DNA of 56,922 bases, the filler included, from Sphacelaria rigidula (Eukaryota): assembly GCA_964200075.2 (NCBI GenBank). It is 5 parts of 5 records of this genome, joined end to end, with 100 filler letters (N's around TTAATTAATTAA, not from the genome) between each part and the next. Parts side by side here need not be neighbours in the genome. Positions count along the whole stretch, not along the records: positions 45,620 to 56,922 come from CAXNAA020005094.1; 4 more parts are not named here. One strand, given 5' to 3'. The notes beneath the pieces were generated by a model, which did no database searches, was not told where the DNA came from, and worked only from the letters and a program-made list of their open reading frames with translations. Shown in pieces: positions 48,027-56,922 of the stretch; position 1 is the stretch's first letter; each line of letters opens with the position of its first letter. The translations under genes were made by a program, and so were the position numbers.

Positions 48027-49358
48027 TCAACGTCGGCCGTGCTCAGATACGTGATTGGAGGGGTTGCTCTGCACCTTCCTGATATCAATAGGGGTCAACT
48101 TAAATTCGATATCTTCCGGCCCAACAAGACGTGAACGCGGCGCGACATACGTCGGGGACACGAAATATGACTTTGAACTATAGTCGCTGTATACACATGT
48201 GATCCCTTGGACCTGTCCGTGGATGCACAGAACCGGAGTAAAAGCAGTAGCTGTCCTCGCATCTTGGCCGTTCCTGCAGGTGGTGAGTTTGAGGGATTGG
48301 GGAGAGACGGGTGCAGGGGCGGGGCGGGGCGGGGGGGCTTTCATCCGCCAATGTATCCCACACATGATTTGTGTTCGCGATCGTTATGGTCACGATGGCC
48401 AAGGGTGTAGGGGATCGCAAGAACCCTTAACTTTTTTTCTCGCCAGGTCCTTTACGAAAAGCTTTCCTTTTAGGGGGGGGATGGGGGGGATAAGATCTCG
48501 CGGTTATTTTCTGTTATATTGTTTGTACGAGCTGGGTCGGCCATCAGGGATTTTCAAACGAAGAGTGGAGATGCGTTTGGCAAATCGAAGAGTTAGGCGC
48601 TGAAATTTTGACACAACATTTTCATCATCACCGCGCAACACTCCGAGCGGTGCAGAAGAAGAAGAAGGAGAAGAAAAAACGAGAAGTTGGAGCGAGTGTA
48701 AATTTCAGCAAAATCAGGGAAAATGCTATAACTTCCTCAAAAAATGTTTTAAAACGATGACAACGCTCGGGTACGTATGAGCACTCGCATCACCCACATC
48801 CTTGTAAAGCTTCAGCCAAAAATACGTAAAATTGGGGTTCGGGTGGCACTTTTCGTGTGACCCCGGTGGTCAAACCGATGCAACGGCCTCAAAACACACA
48901 GGTCATGAGTTCGAATCCCGGCATGACCACTTCTGTTTTTGTTTTTCACGGGCATGACGACATGCATGATGCCATGCCCGTATCATCAGTTGCGGTACCC
49001 GCGTCCTACGATACAGCCGTGCACGCGCTGTAGGAGCTGCATGACCCTTTTGCTTCGACCAGTTCTCATGTCAAGCACGACCAACAACCTCTTATCGCAG
49101 AGTGTCGTCACGTCTTTCGTAGGAGCATGAAACGGGGCGGAGGCAGGTGCGATTTCGCTCGGCAAACGTGTCTTCTGTGATTTCGGGAGAACACTGTACA
49201 ATCGTTTCAGCACGACTGCAGCTTTCATCGCTCTGCTGAACCTGCCTTTCGGGATTGGTCGCGCAGGTTTTCTGCTGTTAGACAGCGACATCGAGTTGTG
49301 TTGTAGACGTTGCATAACTCGATTGCTTTCGCCTGCACATATCGGGTGTTCGCGTGCC

Positions 49359-49406
<48 letters not shown>

Positions 49407-52400
49407 CTTTACATTAAAAACCGTTCCGATATCTGCGCAGCACTCTGTACCGGGCATCTGATGTGGATGCCTTCCGTGGTCACAGGCTAACCACCCCCAA
49501 GCTGGAGTGAAGGAAAAATCATAAAATAAAAACGAGATCCAGAAACAATTCACACAGACGTGATACAGAAGCAATAAAATACAGAATAAATAAATAAATA
49601 AAAAGGAGGAAGGAAAGAGGACGGAAGGATTGATCCTTTCACTGAGACCTGAGACTAAGAACTCTTCCCGAGAAAGGGGAGAGGAGGAAAACGAAATAGT
49701 TCACAGTTTTCAGGATTTTCTGTGCTCACCTCATGTCGACTTGAAACTCGGCGACCCCGTATATACTGACTAGGCTAATATTTCTGGCGACCGGCTACAT
49801 GTTAACTGAATTCCCCAAGGTAAAAATATCCCTCGACGTTATCTTGTGTTTCGTTGTGTGTAGAGTAGGTAGCACGGTATGAAGTATGACGGTGCCGGGA
49901 CGTATTCAATGCCGCCGTGCCCCGGTGGTGTAGTGGTCCGACTGTCGCCATTAGGGTGGAGAGAACGAGGGTTCGATTCCCGATGCGTTGAGTTTTTCCT
50001 TCGGAACGTCTGATTTCCACCGTGGAAAGCGTGAGAACGTGAGTAAACAAAGTAGTCGACTGAGTTTGTTTGACGTGAGTTGACGTGGTGCGGGACTACT
50101 GGTCATGATCCAATCCGCGAGACCAAAATGCAAGGTGTGTACCGGGGGAGAGATCTGTTGATCCCTTGAAACAGACCACGGACTCATCCCGAGGAAGGGG
50201 AGGGGTTTGAAGTGCGACAAATACAAAAATCAGATACTGGCCCTATACTAGTCGCCTGATGTATGGAGTACAGTGGTTGCACTATTGTTATAGAGTTCCG
50301 TTTTTGTCGATGAATATTGATGCTCAAGCAGATGCCTACTCCACGAGCAATGCGCGAGACTATTGCGTGGATATTTTAATTCCATTATTTTTGTAAGAAA
50401 GAGACCCGCTGCGTTGAATACCCCATCCGCACCATTACAGTATCTACCTTCATTATAGATGCTGTTACGACTCGCGAGACCCGCATTATTTTTCATCGTT
50501 TTATTCTATCACCCTTCGATTTGATTAATTGTTGGACAGCATGACTAACCAAGAAGCATGCTCAGTCAGCGGATCTTGCTCTGTACTGTGTCAGGGTGCG
50601 ATGCGTCACCGAGGTGTGTGTCCCACATCTGTACCCCACGTCATGCTCCACCCGTGTATAATAACACAGGTATTTGCCCTACCAGCTAATACTTATCCAG
50701 AAGTATGGTCGCAACGCGCATAAGTTATCCATGGGTGGGAATAAGTTATCCATGGGTGAGGGGGTGTACTCATGGGGGGGGGGGTAAGGTTTTGGGTTGG
50801 GTTGGGCTGGGTTGCGGTTAGATCCAGTTATTCACGGGAACCTACATGAAGAAAAGTTGTTGACAAGCTGAGTAGTCCCAGCAAGTGAGATGGAAGTTGA
50901 GGCAGACGTCGAGGTGACATTTTGATGTTCGTCTGGGAAATTTCAATTTCGGTCGACATCCTAGATACATCAGGTGGGCGTCCCAAGTTGATACTATCCT
51001 GTCCCAGATGGACATCTAGGATGAGCACCCATATCCAAGAGGTTTACTCCTGGTGGATATCCATACTTGGGATTAAGATCCCCATTCTTGATGGACATTC
51101 ATATCCCAACCAAAAATCTCAGATGAATATGCGATCCCAGATGGACGTCTATATCCTATATGGACATATACATCCTAAATATACCTTGCACGAAAGTGTA
51201 GGTTTCCTCCTTTTCTGTTCGTGTTACATTTGCGTAGGCTAGTAGTGTTCTGCGGTTTGCCCCGAAACGTTTCAAATTGGTTAAAAAATCTTATAGCTGC
51301 AGCTTATTTGCCGAGGCGTTGTAGGCTCGACAACCCAATCATCTGATTAGAAATATCCCATCAAGCAGGGAAATAGAAAACATTTTCGTGTTTCATTTTT
51401 CCGCAAATCGGAATGAGGATAATGCTGAAATACCGAGGGGGTACTTCTCGTTCATCGATGAAATCCAAACTCTGTTCAAGCTTAGGGGGTTTCTGGGTAG
51501 GGGGACGTTGAGGAGCTTCGGAGTGGCTGCGTGGATGTGGCGGTGCAACAGTGAATGCCGAGTCAAGGCACCTTCATAGGTATGCGACATCTCCTGGCTT
51601 TCAACACGATGTCGCGCTGAATCCCACTAGCGGAGCATGTGGCGACTTGTCATCTTGAGGACGGTTTCCGCACAGATGAACGAATCACCATGGTTTGTTT
51701 GCTGGGTGAGATTCGGTGAGTAATGATAATCCCTTCCGCGAAACGCTCTTCCTTTCCTCTTGCTCTGAAAGGCGACTGTCTGATCGTGACGACTGAATGG
51801 TGCGATGCTTCACACATGAGTGGAAAACACGTAGGCCAGCCCGTCCCACGAGTCGTAACTGCAGGTCCTCTTCTGCGGTGTTCATCGCTATCGCACCCAA
51901 GCTCAGCTTTTTCGGTGCCAGCAAAAAACCCACAATGGTGAAGAAAAGAGGGTTCCACGTTGACATGCAGATACGAACAAGGTACCCACCGGTCGCCCCA
52001 GTGGCTCAATTGGTAACCTCGACACCTTCTGACGGTTGGGACGTGGGTTCAAATCTCGGAGCAATCTGGGATTTTTTTTCACACCATGATCAACATTGGA
52101 GAGCGACTATGTCGTGGGTACACAAAATTCGACTGAGTGGTCGATGAGGGAAAGGGAGTGCTGAACCCCTCTCGCGATAGAAAAATACAAATAAAAGGAA
52201 AGCACCGCAGAAGGAAGGTGAGGCACAAAAAGCAAAGAAAAAACAAAAAGCTCCTGCGTTGACCTTCCTCCTGTGTGACCCCCGCTGGTGCGTCCGCATA
52301 TACCGAAAGGTGTAGACCGGCGTCCAGAAGAGATGGGACGACAACACTGTGGTCACCCTGTGAGGATATCATAGCGTTGCACGATTTTTTTCAAGCATAC

Positions 52401-53827
52401 CGTCATGATGAGGTTGTCATTCCCCAGCCTCCAGTAGCAGTCCTTCCCAACTATTGGTAGATAAAACGAACGCAGAAATAACCATATCGACCAATTGTCC
52501 ACGAAAGAGGGGTCGTCAACGGAAGAAAATACAGGAAAACGATTGTAGTACCCTACCATCGTTATGCCTCGCCTCTGCGGCAATACCCCCCCCCAAATGT
52601 GACACCCCTCCTACGAATGATCTCACATGAAATCTTCCATTATTCTTGCGGTGCATGTGTAGTGAGGGAAGAACACTACGCGTTCCCGGCAAACTTGAAC
52701 GGGACGGGAATCGAGTCGCATTCACGTCCTCTTACACAGTGACAAGGCCTCACCCATCATGATACCCTGAACTGACGTAAAATTGCAAGGCGTACCCTTT
52801 ACCAGGTCCCTGCCGTTATGCACAAGCAACACCATAGCTCACCAAATACAACAAACATGAACATCTAAGACAAGGTCCACCTTGGACGCAGCAACCGCAA
52901 CACAAGGCTGCCATGGCTCGTCTAGCGTCACACAACATTCGACACCTGGGCGACAGGAACCACGCCTAGTCCCGAACGTTCAGCAGCCACGCCGTTTGCA
53001 CCCCCACACCACGGTATACTGGAGTTCTCGATTGCTAGACAGATAATGCTTGGTTAAAGCTCGTCGATAATAGCGCTTGCCGAGTGTGTCACGATAACAG
53101 GATGAACCTCGTCTTCTCTGTACCTTCGCGCGCTTCCGCTTTGAGATGATTCGGCCGAAGTAACGGTCGACGTGAGGCCACCACAAGCCATGTTGCTCCA
53201 TTTCTCTCGACTGCTTCTGTTGTGGAGACTGCTGCGATGACATCCAGCAGTGTGGGGCCTTCGCCTGTAAAATGTTGGTAGATAGGAGCGTGGGTGTATA
53301 CCGGGAGGGAGGACGAGGTGGGGCGGTGGCGTTGAGAGGCTACATGTCACTTGGATTATAACGAAGAAGACAAGCTACCTTGCTGGAAGGTATAGGATAG
53401 CGTTTGACGTACTGCGACATATCTGCCGTGCACATCATCGTGAGTAGGGCATTGAAGGGAGGTAGCTGGAAGGTGTACGCTCTCATGGGGACATTCCCGG
53501 GTATGTTATTTCAGTTGACATTTAGAGAAAGAGGCTGCCGTCCTCCACTTTGTGGCGTGGGAGTTTCCGCCGAGCTTGGGTTGCTGCCTCTGTGTGATAA
53601 TAGTACAGCAAGAGTAGTAAGAGTAGGTCTCTTGTAGTTCAATCGGTCTTCTACGGATCCATCGTAGTGTAGGCGCCCTTTTTCGTGTAGATGTTTCGTT
53701 TTTCGCCTTCCTCTGCGAGCTGTTTGATTTATGGGCATGGGTGGTATTCTCCTTGCACTCTGTGACCACGGGTTCGAGAGATCGAGCTAATGTGACGAAC
53801 ATAACGACGACAACAACAACAACAACC

Positions 53828-53864
<37 letters not shown>

Positions 53865-56383
53865 AAGAGTACGTGCAGCCTCCGGGTAATCATGTTGATT
53901 TACACACAGGGAAACATGGTGTTTCCCGACGGTTCCCTCGTCTGAAGGTTTATGGCCTAATTTTCTCAAAAATGGTCAAAGCAGCACATTATATCTCCCG
54001 TACACTCACACATCAACACGTACCAGCATTTGCTCATGCCAATCGTCATCCACATGAGTATGACCACCATGGAGCAGGGCACAATCATAACAACTTATTC
54101 ACCCGCCGGAGATCGTGCAGTCGGGGACAATGACGAATTTTGCGGGAGACCGTTGTTGTACTCAAGAGATTTCGAACGTATTGAGGTGAATTAAATGTCG
54201 ATTTTGATTCTTATAACGTCGGATGTTTTCACATTATTGCAACCTATCGGATGTTCTTATATCATGCTACCCGCGGAGGGTCCTCATCGTCCAGTAGCCA
54301 ACGCGACTGGAAGCTAAATGATGTCCACGGCACTGACCCAGCCCACCTTGCTCCTGGACGCCGCACTTTACGAATTCGCCCCTCCGCAAGGTTCACCCTC
54401 CGCCGGAGGGATTCCAACTCCACCAAAAGGCCCTCCACCCGCTTTCTCGAGCTACAACGCCCTTTAGACCCACCCCTGAGGAGAAGCAAGGTATGACCGA
54501 ACCCGAGCGCTCAAGTAGTCGTTATTCGGTCGACTATAGCCAAGAACATACCACTCACTGTACGAGTCATTTGTACCGGAGAGAGATGGGTTGATCCCTT
54601 GAGACCACGGACTCGTCCCGAGGAAGGAGAGGGGTTCAAAGTGCGACAAAGAAAAAATAATGTTCACCATTAGGCTGTATAGCGGGGTGTAACGTCGAAT
54701 CAAGAAACGGGTCACACGTGGACATTACGACGGTGCTCATTTGACGGGTACGTACGACGGTTACGGCATTCGAACCAGGACGGTTGATGGCTCGTGCAGC
54801 CCAGGAGGCAATCGAAATAGTCAGGTAAACAAGGCATATTTCCTTCGAAAATGTGGAAGGGCAGTGTGTTGAGGGGTCGAGGGCACAGTAACATCAATAG
54901 GAACTGTCGGATTACCACCATAGACCACTACTGCGGTAGGGGTGCACGTTTTTCGCGAAGTATTGTCTAGTTCAGGGGCTCCTAACGATCCTAGATGCAC
55001 AAGAATATGGATCAGGGCATCCTCGTTTGCAAATTCATTCGGGATATCCCCAGCACATTGGAGTGGTAATCCTGGCGTACTTTCACATATTTTCGTAAGT
55101 GGAATTTTGCATGAGATCAAGGACTCCTAACAATTCCAACCTCAGAAAATACTTGTGCACCCCGACCGTAGCATCACTCTATAGAGTCAAACATCTGACG
55201 GGCAAAACATGAGTATCACCCAATTAGGTGACACAACTGCCATCACCCACCTAGACGTAAGGTTGCTGCCACCAAACGAAGAACCTCCAGAGGTAACAGT
55301 AATCTCCGATGTCTGCGTGTCTGATGTTCGGGCAGAACTTGCGCTTTCTGTCGTGCTCTCTCGCGAGGGCTGACTTCTGACACGTCCGCTGTCATACCCA
55401 CCTCCGCTAGTGCGTCCTAGAACTTCTGCCCTTCGAGGATGCCCACAATCATTCATGGCTAATCCGCGTTTCCCGACGGGCGGAGCAGACCTTGGTCGAG
55501 TACCAGTGGGGTATTTTCTCTCCCCGCTTCTACTTTTCTCGATGTTTAATGCTGCCGTTATCTGTTCTGCCTTGTCCCCTGAGGGCCCTGCATGACGACA
55601 AGATTCCAAGGTTGCCGGGATTTTGCTACGTTTGTGTAAAGCTTTCACAAGATCACCTTGCCTCGACCCGAGAGCGCGTTCTGCACGCGCTGCTCTCACG
55701 GCGGCTGCTGTCTCCGGGTCGCGCGCCTGTACCGCGGACACCCGTTGACCCGGGAAGGCTTTATCCACATCGCTGATAGGCATGAACCTAGGATCCCCCA
55801 AGCAGTAGAGAGGTTTTTCTCCGCGCGTTTTTCTATTTCGTGTGTGCCTGAGCAAAGCCTCGCTTCCCCCGCTACAAGGCTCTCGTTCTGCAGCGGCGAA
55901 CCTTGGGTCAGGAACACCGGGTGCTTTCCCACGAAACCAACCATTGTTTCGGTCCCCGTGTTCCTTGTTGTTTGAAGAACGGGCTACACGTTCCGAACGC
56001 TGCTCTGACGTACTGACTTTGTCCAGCGTGTCATCGGAGGACGTCGTACGCCGATCGACCCACTCGGTTCTCGACAAGGATCTTTTTGCCTTCCTGTGCG
56101 AGGTTGTCCTCTTGCCGTGTCCTACATCGGCAGACATCGGATTTTGACCACCCTCGACGGTCCTCCCTTTTTTTCCGCAATGATCTCTGCCATCAACCTC
56201 CTCTTGAATCCCTTGACGAGCTGCTACTGCACTATCGCTCGGCGCCGCAGGTTCCGAATCCTGAGATGATCTAGGAGTTGGCTCTGCTTCTATGGTGTTT
56301 CGGACTCGTTTGTGCTTCAGGAGCCCCATCGAAGCTAAATAGAGGACCCGTTCTCCTTCACGGATGTGGTCTCGAAATGCCGC
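48027..56383 (-). CDS. Hypothetical protein with no recognised domain; at least 6 exons (~740 aa here), 5' end upstream or off-contig
   Basis: Exons 55251-56383, 54271-54475, 53124-53264, 51434-51593, 48999-49332, 48027-48273. All are GT-AG and join in phase (2, 0, 0, 1, 2) with no internal stops. The last exon might instead splice out near 48050. Confidence 0.75.
48527..48950. mobile_element. Intronic copy of the TA-CGAGCTGGG Tc1/mariner-like MITE family
   Basis: Colinear with 44198-44620. Confidence 0.6.
49359..49406. repeat. (GTT)n microsatellite
   Basis: Direct inspection. Confidence 0.95.
49918..50229 (+). mobile_element. Full-length tRNA-derived SINE family 2
   Basis: A-box TGGTGTAGTGG, B-box GGTTCGATTCC, 3' end gaagtgcgacaaa plus A-rich tail. 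Partial copies at 19622, 41140 and 54572. Confidence 0.8.
51989..52347 (+). mobile_element. Full-length tRNA-derived SINE family 1 (intronic)
   Basis: A-box TGGCTCAATTGG and B-box GGTTCAAATCTC; colinear with 31455-31816. Confidence 0.8.
53802..53863. repeat. (ACA)n microsatellite
   Basis: Direct inspection. Confidence 0.9.
54572..54660 (+). repeat. 3' fragment of SINE family 2
   Basis: Matches 50138-50225. Confidence 0.75.
54923..55179. mobile_element. MITE, second copy of 47539-47798
   Basis: Colinear internal sequence; flanks cata/tata. Confidence 0.75.
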
Positions 56384-56922
56384 CTGCACACGCGGTAGAA
56401 TCACAAAATACGTGCTCCTGTGGTGTTTGCGACAGTTGATACATACGTGAGTCATCCTACGATAGGGAGGGGGGGGGGGGGGCAGGGTATTACATTCGAT
56501 TGCACGAAAAAAGAGGCTCATGGGCCTGTCAGACGACCTGCTACACTCGCGGTGCGCTTGTATTTGGTTTAAAACGGTGTCAAGCAGTACGAACGAGCGT
56601 TATATATCTATAACGAGCTCGTTCGAACAACTGTAGCTGCTTTCAACGACGATTTGACGTGGAACTTCACGCAAGAAGTGACCCAAAATCCCCCCCCCCC
56701 CTCCCGATGGTGAGACACCCAGGAGGCAGTACATACGCCGTGGCTGCCTCTGCAAGTGGCGTTACCAGACAACAAGGCAACTCATTGGAGGCTGTCATCC
56801 AACTGCAAGATAATCGGTAGGCTTCGGGCCGAACAATCTAGCAGAATTCAGCTCACCCTTCATGTGACTCGCCGAGCACACAATGGCGCTTCGCGCTCGG
56901 TGATCGAGTGCAAGCCTGGTCC

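Noticed and set aside
49918-49990. Functional tRNA genes here and at 31455 and 51989
   Set aside because: A/B boxes are present but there is no clean acceptor stem, and each continues into a multi-copy SINE body.
1-56922. A single multi-gene system, including linking the glycoprotein fossil with the L fossils as one viral genome
   Set aside because: They lie on different, artificially joined contigs; physical linkage cannot be inferred.

Overview
Eukaryotic, intron-rich, repeat-rich DNA, most likely a brown alga (Phaeophyceae). This is inferred from gene style, a signal peptide + ASAF-like plastid motif, and long TE-filled introns. The window is not one locus. It is five contigs of 11306, 11305, 11304, 11304 and 11303 bp, joined in decreasing-length order by 100-bp N44-TTAATTAATTAA-N44 linkers, so adjacency across linkers is meaningless. 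Spliced genes rebuilt by hand with phase-consistent exons: the 3' end of a tandem Ig-like (Kre9/KNH N-terminal-like) protein (-); the first exon of TMEM222/RTE1 (-), head-to-head with a complete 5-exon DUF4864-like putative plastid protein (+); an ataxin-10 homolog (-); three internal exons of a PDR/ABCG transporter (+); and a 6-exon unknown protein (-). The rest is MITEs, foldback elements, two tRNA-derived SINE families, LTR remnants and microsatellites. The most interesting signal is a set of decayed, intronless reading frames that look like endogenous negative-strand RNA virus genes. An L-polymerase RdRp half (about 37960-40340) and a capping/methyltransferase half (about 41530-43380) lie in adjacent introns of the ABCG gene. 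A class III (chuvirus-like) glycoprotein remnant (about 7690-8613), with further unidentified frames upstream, lies on another contig. These viral calls come from manual motif and spacing recognition and need profile searches to confirm.
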